Shown: piece by piece, positions 55,753-62,521 of the stretch
How the letters are laid out: each line of letters starts with the position of its first letter
Position numbering within the stretch: the stretch's first letter is position 1
Source of the DNA: a virus
Taxonomy: Duplodnaviria > Caudoviricetes
Virus record (IMG/VR): IMGVR_UViG_3300044691_000265
Coordinates: 1-62,521 of that record
Reading direction: 5' to 3' (one strand)
DNA length: 62,521 bases
The notes under the pieces: model-generated
Told to the model about the DNA's origin: nothing
What the model saw: only the letters and a program-made list of their open reading frames with translations
Database searches by the model: none
Translations under genes and position numbers: made by a program

Positions 55753-55925
55753 GACGCCTGATCCCGTGCGGCGAAGTCCTGCAGGATCAGGCGGCGGATG
55801 TAGGACGACGACGTCATGCTTTCAGCCCGCGCCAATTTCTTGATGCGGGCCTTTTCCTCCGGCAGTACGGTCGTATTGATCGACGTGCTGCGGCCGGGCT
55901 CTAAGTCTTCGACGGCATCTGGCAT
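55749..55925 (-). CDS. Ribbon-helix-helix regulator (58 aa; not in ORF track)
   Basis: INTTVLPEEKARIKKLARAESMTSSSYIRRLI; ATGA-coupled to the epimerase gene. Confidence 0.7.
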   Translation of the reverse strand: MPDAVEDLEPGRSTSINTTVLPEEKARIKKLARAESMTSSSYIRRLILQDFAARDQAS

Positions 55926-56006
55926 GAAAATAACCCGCAGCTTCTGCTACGAGTCACCATCATCCAGCATGAATTGCACGTCAACTGGGTCTATGAACGT
56001 TGAGAT

Positions 56007-56699
56007 TTACTTTGCCAGCAACGTCTCTACGTTAGCTTTACGCTTCAGCAGATTGCCGACGGTGCTGCCGTGCCAGACGCCGCCGCGCACGGTCTTGATG
56101 CCGCGGGCGTTCAGCGCCTGGGCGATGTCGCCCTGCGTGACGATGCCGGCCGCCTGGATCTGCTGGACGATCGGCAGCACATTCGCGGCGAACCGGTCGG
56201 CGCTCGCCATGACACTCTCAGCGGCTTTCAGCCGCGCTTCGTCGAGCCGGGGATTGCCGAGCTTCTGCCCGGCCGCCTTCTTGGTCTGCAGTGCGTCGCT
56301 GGTGCGCTGGGAGATCCGGCGGCGCTCACTCTCGGCGAACGCGGCGAACATGTGCAACACGAACGGGTCGACGTCCCGACCGAGTTCAGCGACGACGAAC
56401 GGCACCTTTTCGGACATCAGCCCGGAGATAAAATGGACGTCGCGCGACAGCCGATCGAGCTTCGAGACGATTACCGGGCACTTGGCGCGGCGGGCGTCGG
56501 CGAGCGCTTCTTTCAGCTTCGGCCGGCGATCGAGCGCGTCGGCGCCCGCTCCCGTCTCGACCTCGACGTGTTCTGCCAGGATCTCGATGTTGTGGATCGA
56601 GGCGAACTGCTGAACCGCGAACCGCTGGGCTGAAAGCCCGAGACCGCTACGACCCTGCTTCGGATCGGACACCCGATAATATGCAATCCCAGTTTCCAT
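56007..56699 (-). CDS. Serine recombinase (resolvase plus recombinase domain)
   Basis: [38 protein letters not shown]...GGVW. Confidence 0.92.
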   Translation of the reverse strand: METGIAYYRVSDPKQGRSGLGLSAQRFAVQQFASIHNIEILAEHVEVETGAGADALDRRPKLKEALADARRAKCPVIVSKLDRLSRDVHFISGLMSEKVPFVVAELGRDVDPFVLHMFAAFAESERRRISQRTSDALQTKKAAGQKLGNPRLDEARLKAAESVMASADRFAANVLPIVQQIQAAGIVTQGDIAQALNARGIKTVRGGVWHGSTVGNLLKRKANVETLLAK

Positions 56700-56749
56700 C
56701 TTGCCTCTCGACGCAACTTGGGGCATCAGCGATCGATCCCCGCATCGAG

Positions 56750-56791
56750 ATACTAGAACAAATCCTATTTATGTCAATTGGGTTTTGTTTA
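56750..56791 (-). promoter_or_regulatory. Recombinase promoter within an imperfect inverted repeat
   Basis: TTGACA-N16-TAGTAT on the minus strand; AACAAATCCTATT / AATTGGGTTTTGTT. Confidence 0.55.
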
Positions 56792-57283
56792 GTTCGGACG
56801 GCCCGCGCCTGGTTTGTGGAGCAGTGCCATGAGGCTACCGCCGGAGAACTCTGGTTGTTCGGGCGGTTCCGTGAACTTGGTCACCTTCCCCTTCTTGTCC
56901 CGCCCGAGCTGCAACATCTTCCCGCGGTTCTCTCCGGCGATCGTCGTGCCACAGATCACGACGGCCTCTTGTCGATCCATCCGGCGCGAGATTTCGCCGA
57001 ATTCCAGACCATGCCTCGGGATTTCAAGCGCAGTCGAGAACCAGGATTCCGAAATCGTGAGTTAGGCTTTGGCGCTCATCATCGCCAGCGCCATGCGTGC
57101 CATCGTGAGCTGCTGGGTTCGCTCGTCATCGCTGTTCCAGCCAAGCTTGATGACCACAACCTTGTCGTCACCCGACAGCGCCACGAGCATCGGACCGCAA
57201 AAGTCGCTTCCCTTGTCATATTCCGCGCGGACGAACTCTTCGGCGTGGCTCAGACGTTCGGTCAGCCATTCGAGCGGCGTCAT
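56789..57283 (-). pseudogene. Hypothetical gene with an in-frame TAA at 57062-57064
   Basis: Reads MSAKA*LTISESW... and continues in frame to 56789 (165 codons in total). Confidence 0.6.
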
Positions 57284-57693
57284 TCGTCCCCCGGCAGGGT
57301 CAATTCATCCTTCGGCACCGGCTCGTAGCGCCGATCATCGACATGGAATGTGTTGAAGTCGCCGTCCGGCCCGCGGCGGGCGATAATCATCGTCAGACGC
57401 GTCCGAAAATACGCCGATGAGGCTTGCTGATCAGGATCGATCACCGCTTCCGGCAAAATCTCGCACACGATCGCCGGTTCGCCGGGATATCGCTCGTTAT
57501 AAATCTTGCATGTCGGCTTCTGCCGGATAATATCGCCGACCGCGAAGAAATGGACAGTCATCAGAGCCGTCAAACCGTCTCTCAGGTCTTGCGCGGCGAA
57601 CGGAAGTGCCAATTTCGGCTCATCTTCGCCAGAATTGTTGCTGCTAAGCCTCTGTTGTAGCATTTCACCCAGTTCCATTCCGACGAATTTCAT
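57280..57693 (-). CDS. Hypothetical phage protein
   Basis: FAVGDIIRQKP...YPGEPAIV...VDDRRYEP. Confidence 0.7.
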   Translation of the reverse strand: MKFVGMELGEMLQQRLSSNNSGEDEPKLALPFAAQDLRDGLTALMTVHFFAVGDIIRQKPTCKIYNERYPGEPAIVCEILPEAVIDPDQQASSAYFRTRLTMIIARRGPDGDFNTFHVDDRRYEPVPKDELTLPGDE

Positions 57694-57696
57694 TTG

Positions 57697-58083
57697 TCAC
57701 TCCATCGAAGGTACATTTTTGACCTTCAGTTCAGTCTTTTTGCGTGGAAATCCGTTGATCAGGTACTCCTTTGCCGCCAATTCTGCCGCCTGGCGCATGG
57801 TCAGACCAGGTGGGTCCGGATCATCGGCGCCGCCGCAGCAAAAACAGGTGCCGCGCTGATGGTTGACGCCGCCGACGAAGGTGCGCAGGAAGCACGCATG
57901 GTGCATCGGCCGCTGCCCGCCGGAAAAATCGTCGTCGAACGTCATCATCGTCACGCCTGAGTCGCCAGCCTCGACCGGTTCGCCGCATCGGGTGCAGATC
58001 TGCCCGATCGGGGCGTCGATTTCCGGCATATCCGCTTGTGCGGCGGTGTTTTCCCAAGCCCGGCCGAAGCGCTGCATCACCAT
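57697..58083 (-). CDS. Zinc-binding hypothetical protein
   Basis: CTRC...HHAC...CFCC. Confidence 0.7.
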   Translation of the reverse strand: MVMQRFGRAWENTAAQADMPEIDAPIGQICTRCGEPVEAGDSGVTMMTFDDDFSGGQRPMHHACFLRTFVGGVNHQRGTCFCCGGADDPDPPGLTMRQAAELAAKEYLINGFPRKKTELKVKNVPSME

Positions 58084-58104
58084 CGAAGGTACTCCTCGAA
58101 ATAT

Positions 58105-58464
58105 TCAGAATTTTCCGTTCGTTTCCGCCGAAAGTTCGGCGGCCACCAGACCGACATAGCCTCGCGTCGCCCCGACGGTGACTTCGTGACCGCGCACGGC
58201 CTCTTCCCAGGCGCAATAGCGCGCTGTCCAACATGGCGCCTGTTCGGCTTCAAAAACCGCCGTCTCGAACAGCACTGGATCGCCGAGGCCGAGGCTCGTA
58301 TCCAGGCCCAAGAAGACCGTCGACACGAGAATCGGACCGACCCTGGTCTGACGCACGATCGTGTTGCCGGGGATTTCGAACCATCGCGCCCAGGTGAGCA
58401 GGTCTTCGCACGGCACGGCGATGTGATGGTCGGTCAAGATGTAGCGGTACGTTCGTCTGGTCAT
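58105..58464 (-). CDS. Hypothetical phage protein
   Basis: VSTVFLGLD...PVLFETAVF...RY...EEAVRGH. Confidence 0.75.
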   Translation of the reverse strand: MTRRTYRYILTDHHIAVPCEDLLTWARWFEIPGNTIVRQTRVGPILVSTVFLGLDTSLGLGDPVLFETAVFEAEQAPCWTARYCAWEEAVRGHEVTVGATRGYVGLVAAELSAETNGKF

Positions 58465-58880
58465 GACCGCTCGATCGCCGATCCGACGCCGCCGCGGAAC
58501 ATCTTGCCCCACGGGTTCGGGGCCGGTTCCGGAGCGGGCTCGTACTTAGCCTTCAGCGCCTTGATCTCTGCCGCCAGCAGTGCCCCATCGCGATTGCCGG
58601 CGTCGAACCGATCCGACACCCTACGCATCTGATCGATGAGCCGCTGGTTGTGGCGCTCGCTCTCCCGGTAACGATTGACCATGTGCTGCAGCCTGGCGGT
58701 CAGTTCCACGATCTGCTGCTGCAGAATGTCGATGTGATCAACCTTGGGCGGTACCAACAAATCTGTCCGCCACTGGGCGACTGTCACTTGCTGAGCATAC
58801 GCAAGAGCTGCTACGGAATCCGGTAGTGCCGGATCGACGCCAAACCAAATCATCTGCTGCTCATCGTTGATCGCCATCAT
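58461..58880 (-). CDS. Hypothetical coiled-coil protein
   Basis: Coupled ORF. Confidence 0.6.
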   Translation of the reverse strand: MMAINDEQQMIWFGVDPALPDSVAALAYAQQVTVAQWRTDLLVPPKVDHIDILQQQIVELTARLQHMVNRYRESERHNQRLIDQMRRVSDRFDAGNRDGALLAAEIKALKAKYEPAPEPAPNPWGKMFRGGVGSAIERS

Positions 58881-59335
58881 ATCCCTCCCCCTGGCTGTTT
58901 CGGCCGACGCCGGGTCGTGAAGCCGTGACCAACGCCGACCAGCACGCCTTCCTGCTTAGCTTGCAACTTTAGTTGGTGCTCTGCAATTGGATCGCGATCG
59001 GCATAGACGTAGCCGTTGGTCGCCAGCCCGCGGATCGTGTGCGGCGATTTCGAACCGGCCACCTTGCCGTCGAGCACCCACTGGATCGCGACCATCTCGC
59101 CGCGCTCGTGATCGTGCTGGCCCTTCGCCGGATCGAACCAGAGATCGGTCACCACGGCATATTCCCGGCTTTTGGACGAACCAGACCCGCGGTTGCCGAC
59201 CCAATGAGTGATGCGATCCTTCATAATGAAGTCGCCGACCTTGACGTTCTCGAACCGGCGCCGCCCGCCAGGTCGTTTGATGCGCTCCGGCATGTCGATC
59301 CAGCGGGTGCCGGAGCCGTCGGTGATCCAGGTCAA
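58877..59335 (-). CDS. Hypothetical protein
   Basis: Coupled ORF. Confidence 0.65.
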   Translation of the reverse strand: MTWITDGSGTRWIDMPERIKRPGGRRRFENVKVGDFIMKDRITHWVGNRGSGSSKSREYAVVTDLWFDPAKGQHDHERGEMVAIQWVLDGKVAGSKSPHTIRGLATNGYVYADRDPIAEHQLKLQAKQEGVLVGVGHGFTTRRRPKQPGGGI

Positions 59336-59601
59336 TCGAGCACCGTGATCAGTTCGATGGTCAGGCCCGTGAGCGGGCGGTTCGGTTTGCCGTCCGGCCG
59401 CGTCGGCTGCAGCTTCGAGACCGCCGTCCAGACCGCATGAACATCGCTAGCGTCGACAAACCGCATCGCTTCCCCGATATCGGCCGTGCTGGTCATATCC
59501 AGCGTGCCGTACTTCGTGTTCGGATTGTAGGTCGCCAGATACCGGCCATCGTGCGGCGTGTCCCTGCCGGCGGCGTCCGAGACGATCTTCAGCACGTTCA
59601 T
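59332..59601 (-). CDS. Hypothetical protein
   Basis: RPDGKPNRPLT motif; coupled ORF. Confidence 0.7.
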   Translation of the reverse strand: MNVLKIVSDAAGRDTPHDGRYLATYNPNTKYGTLDMTSTADIGEAMRFVDASDVHAVWTAVSKLQPTRPDGKPNRPLTGLTIELITVLD

Positions 59602-60038
59602 ATCTCACCCGCCTCGTAGCGACGCTTCAGTTCCCTGGCATGCTTCCGACTCTGCAGCACGCCTTCGGACTTGATGCCGAACATCGTTGCTGGCGGCCGG
59701 GGAATCTCAGCCTCATGCGGTCGCCACCAGTGCAGGCAGTACGGGTGGTTGTTGACGTGCTCGGACGCCGGCACGCCGAGTTGCATGGCGACCTCGTCCG
59801 GCTTGAAGAGCCATTCATAGACGAACGCCATCTCGGGCCAGTTCGGGCAGCGGTTGCGCCGGCTCACCGACACATGATCCCAGCCATCGCCCGACGTCGC
59901 GATGACTCTCAGCACACCGCCGTCAACCGGCGACGGCATCTCGAACATCCCGACATCGGCGTCACCCGTCGTGCCCAAAAACTCGACGACATGACTATCG
60001 ACCCGGCGCCAGCGGTTCAATTCATTCAGGTTGCGCAT
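59598..60038 (-). CDS. Hypothetical phage protein (WDHVSVS / HPYCLH family)
   Basis: GWDHVSVS...CPNWPEM...HVNNHPYCLHWW. Confidence 0.75.
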   Translation of the reverse strand: MRNLNELNRWRRVDSHVVEFLGTTGDADVGMFEMPSPVDGGVLRVIATSGDGWDHVSVSRRNRCPNWPEMAFVYEWLFKPDEVAMQLGVPASEHVNNHPYCLHWWRPHEAEIPRPPATMFGIKSEGVLQSRKHARELKRRYEAGEI

Positions 60039-60265
60039 CACGCCAGATCCATCGAAGCTTCCTCAATCCCGGCCGAGCCATCGTCCGGCACGAACTGCGC
60101 CCGCTCAAACGAGTTCACCAGCGAGATGAACTCCATGCCGACCGACGCGACGAACGAGCCCAGCGGTTGCCAGCCCTCACACTCATCCCGCCGCGAGAAC
60201 AGCCGGCAATGCACATGACCGCCCAGCACGGCGAACCGGACGCTGAAGGTGTAATCGTCGGCCAT
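60038..60265 (-). CDS. Hypothetical protein
   Basis: TGATG coupling. Confidence 0.6.
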   Translation of the reverse strand: MADDYTFSVRFAVLGGHVHCRLFSRRDECEGWQPLGSFVASVGMEFISLVNSFERAQFVPDDGSAGIEEASMDLA

Positions 60266-60666
60266 CAGACTACCACCGCAAGCGGCTGCACCACGTTGAC
60301 CGACATGCCGTGACCCTGCAGTTCTTCCTCCCAGACCGAGCATTGTACCAGACCGCCGACGAAGCCAAATTCCTCGGCGACCATCCACACCGCGTACGGC
60401 GACGGACAGTAGCCTTTCTTGTCCAAACTCATACTCATGTGCCGGCAGACGCCGGCCGGGTGCCCAGTCTCAATGCTATATGTGACCATGAAATTCATCG
60501 GGATCAGCATCGTCTGCGACGACATCTGCGCCATGTGTCGCGCCTTGATATCTGGGTCTTTGATCCAATTCAGCAGCCATTTGACGTCGACCGGGTTCTG
60601 CGACGCGCGTTCGCGCAGATCCGCGATCTTCACCTTCTCCGGATCGCCGAGCACCAGCGCGGTCAT
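60265..60666 (-). CDS. Hypothetical protein (RHMSMS motif)
   Basis: GGAGG RBS; coupled ORF. Confidence 0.7.
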   Translation of the reverse strand: MTALVLGDPEKVKIADLRERASQNPVDVKWLLNWIKDPDIKARHMAQMSSQTMLIPMNFMVTYSIETGHPAGVCRHMSMSLDKKGYCPSPYAVWMVAEEFGFVGGLVQCSVWEEELQGHGMSVNVVQPLAVVV

Positions 60667-61193
60667 CGCATCCCTCCCTCAGCCGCCAGAATCTTCCGCT
60701 CGATCCTGGTGCGCGCCTCGATCTGGCCGCTCATCTCGTGCCACTCGCGATCGGACGACATCGCCGGCGGAAACACCGTCACCGCGTCGCGCGATGACCA
60801 GCGGATGATCGTCGCCAGGCCGCGCGTCGCCGCCTGCTGCTGCATGAACTTGCGGAATTCCGGCGTGCGCCAGGCATTCTTGTGCTGCGGATCGACCCAC
60901 ACTTGCTGCACTGGCACGCGGACCGAGACGCCAGTCTCGAGCGTCATCGTCACGTAGTCCGGCATGATGTCGATCACGTAATGCGCCCGGTCCGGACGCG
61001 GCAGACCGGCGGTCCCATCATTCACCAGCCATTTGCAGGACCAGAGCGCACAAGCCGGCGGGCGTTTCGCGTAGATCATGCAACCCTTACCGGCGCGCTG
61101 ATGATCGCAGCGCTGCCCGGCATTCTTGCCCAGTTCGACCACCGGCAGCAGCTTGCAGCAGAGGGTGCAGTCGCCGCATTTTCGGTTCAACAT
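60663..61193 (-). CDS. YkgJ-like CxxCxxCC Fe-S/zinc protein
   Basis: CGDCTLCCK...C...GCMIYAKRPPAC. Confidence 0.8.
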   Translation of the reverse strand: MLNRKCGDCTLCCKLLPVVELGKNAGQRCDHQRAGKGCMIYAKRPPACALWSCKWLVNDGTAGLPRPDRAHYVIDIMPDYVTMTLETGVSVRVPVQQVWVDPQHKNAWRTPEFRKFMQQQAATRGLATIIRWSSRDAVTVFPPAMSSDREWHEMSGQIEARTRIERKILAAEGGMR

Positions 61194-61540
61194 CACGGTG
61201 GAGTTACCTCACATCGAACTGCAGAAGGAAGCGATGTTCGGGCCGACGTCGACAAATCGCCGTCGTCGTCTGCCGGTTCATACGTTGCGGCGAAGATCTC
61301 TGCCTTGCACGGGTAGAACTCGCCGACAATGCCTTTGATGATCCAGTCGCCATCGAACGCCTTCATCTGACCCTCAAGAGTGTCAACGAAGATCGCCAAG
61401 ATAGTGTCTTGATCGTTCCAGCCGGTGCCGCGACACGCCGTCTTGCCACCAGACCACACCTCAATCTTGTCGGCCGTCTCGATGCTGCCGTCCCATTGCA
61501 TCGCTTCGATGATCACCGGCTTCTTGCGGTAAAAGGGCAT
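61193..61540 (-). CDS. Hypothetical phage protein (KKPV...TLEG...EFYPCK family)
   Basis: YRKKPVIIEA, TLEGQM, GDWIIKG, EFYPCK. Confidence 0.8.
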   Translation of the reverse strand: MPFYRKKPVIIEAMQWDGSIETADKIEVWSGGKTACRGTGWNDQDTILAIFVDTLEGQMKAFDGDWIIKGIVGEFYPCKAEIFAATYEPADDDGDLSTSARTSLPSAVRCEVTPP

Positions 61541-61635
61541 CACAACCTCGGTTTTCGGTGTTTATTTGGGGCCGGACTTCGCATTTCACCGGCTAGATAG
61601 TGACTGGCCACCACGCGGATCGCTCCGCAGCTCGA

Positions 61636-61920
61636 CTATTCACGCGGTCGCTCGCTCGATCCAGTGTCTGCTGCATGTCCTTCCACGCTGCCCAAATCGT
61701 CGATCAATTCGTAATGCTTCGTCTTCCGTTCGTACCGCTTGGTCGAATTGTTGTATTCCGTCAGGTCGGGCCAGCGAGCCAGCACTTTCCTGATATCTAA
61801 GGACGCCTGCGCCGTTGAGACGCCGAACTTCATCATGATGTGTTCCCGCAGGATGAAGCCGAAGATCTCGATCGACTCCTTGATCCAGGCCAGCCGCTGC
61901 TCGACGAACCAATTGCTCAT
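61636..61920 (-). CDS. Winged-HTH protein (resembles the N-domain of WYL regulators)
   Basis: EQRLAWI...GFILREHIMMKFGVSTAQASLDI...YNNSTKRY. Confidence 0.65.
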   Translation of the reverse strand: MSNWFVEQRLAWIKESIEIFGFILREHIMMKFGVSTAQASLDIRKVLARWPDLTEYNNSTKRYERKTKHYELIDDLGSVEGHAADTGSSERPRE

Positions 61921-62144
61921 TCGATCGTCTTGGTCGAGATCGCATCGGCCACTTTCCGATCTACCTCCCGTCGGTTGCGCAGACCAGCAATCTCATCTTC
62001 CAGCGCTCCGATGCGGATCTTCATGTGCTGCTCAGCAACCAACCACTCGTTCCGCTCGGATTTCAGCGCCAATAATTTCCGTTCCAGCCGCACGTAATCT
62101 TCGGCGTTTCGGGCGATCAATTCGCGCAGATCATCCACCACCAT
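61917..62144 (-). CDS. Hypothetical coiled-coil protein
   Basis: Coupled ORF. Confidence 0.6.
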   Translation of the reverse strand: MVVDDLRELIARNAEDYVRLERKLLALKSERNEWLVAEQHMKIRIGALEDEIAGLRNRREVDRKVADAISTKTIE

Positions 62145-62521
62145 CACGCACCACCCCGCTTAAGCCCGAAGTCGCGCAGCTTGATCTTCGCCATCCGCCC
62201 GTCCGGGTGATGCCAGACCACGCCTTCGATATCCTTGCCGGTCAGGTAGTCGCGCAACTCGTCGAACCCGGTCGGCGGCTGATCGCACAGAGCCAGCAGT
62301 TCTACCGAGTGCGGCACCAGCACATGCCGATCCTTCTTCTCCGGATTGCCCTGCACCTTCGGGCCGATCAGTTCGTATGTGCCGTCAGACCAGACCAGCC
62401 CGCGGTCGAAAGCCTCGCGATGCCGCTGATCTTCCGGACCATCACCAACCGGCATCCAGCCCACCGTCTTGCCGGTCTCGGCGTCGTGCTCTTCCATCAG
62501 AAAGTTCGCGGGCGTCATTTC
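62144..62521 (-). CDS. RNA ligase-like protein, C-terminal part (starts at 313)
   Basis: TYELIGPKVQGN, IEGVVWH, MAKIK resemble nucleotidyltransferase motifs III, IV and V. Confidence 0.75.
   Translation of the reverse strand, partial: EMTPANFLMEEHDAETGKTVGWMPVGDGPEDQRHREAFDRGLVWSDGTYELIGPKVQGNPEKKDRHVLVPHSVELLALCDQPPTGFDELRDYLTGKDIEGVVWHHPDGRMAKIKLRDFGLKRGGA
62395..62521. repeat. Terminal direct repeat, copy 2
   Basis: Identical to 1-127. Confidence 0.95.

Noticed and set aside
57062-57064. Genome-wide stop-codon reassignment
   Set aside because: TAA ends intact genes such as capsid and portal; no suppressor tRNA seen; only one case found
62395-62521. Biological terminal repeat
   Set aside because: It is exactly 127 nt and lies mid-gene, which fits an assembler k-mer overlap better
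1-62521. tRNA/rRNA genes
   Set aside because: No canonical cloverleaf or rRNA signature noticed by eye; a tRNAscan run is needed to exclude them

Overview
The window is a complete, circularised genome (about 62,394 bp unique) of a GC-rich temperate tailed phage, probably podovirus-like (no tape-measure or sheath gene seen; adaptor/nozzle and ejection-type proteins present) with a probable alphaproteobacterial host (DUF1376 initiator, GapR-like protein). Bases 1-127 are identical to 62395-62521 (assembly overlap), and an RNA-ligase-like gene runs across the junction. Modules in order: small early genes (2.0-6.2 kb, +); replication and DNA modification (6.3-12.3 kb, -); immunity switch (12.0-13.2 kb); recombination/early operon (13.2-19.9 kb, +); xis/int/attP (19.9-21.8 kb); lysis (22.0-23.6 kb, -); signal-peptide-bearing fibre-like proteins, ejection, tail and head genes, portal and terminase (23.6-49.8 kb, -); a sugar-modification and anti-defence cluster (50-56 kb); a serine recombinase and many small accessory genes (56-62 kb, -). 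Most notable: (1) a ~300-nt intergenic RNA at 19103-19403 with about nine helices and two long loop-loop pseudoknots that I cannot assign to a known class; (2) four consecutive genes with Sec-type signal peptides, including two large fibre-like proteins; (3) a dual-frame (alpha/beta) C5 DNA methyltransferase whose two frames are both broken by one extra base in a G6 run; (4) a sugar epimerase/C-methyltransferase/glycosyltransferase operon followed by an Acb2/Tad1-like sponge gene. All family calls come from manual motif recognition; no searches or folding programs were run.
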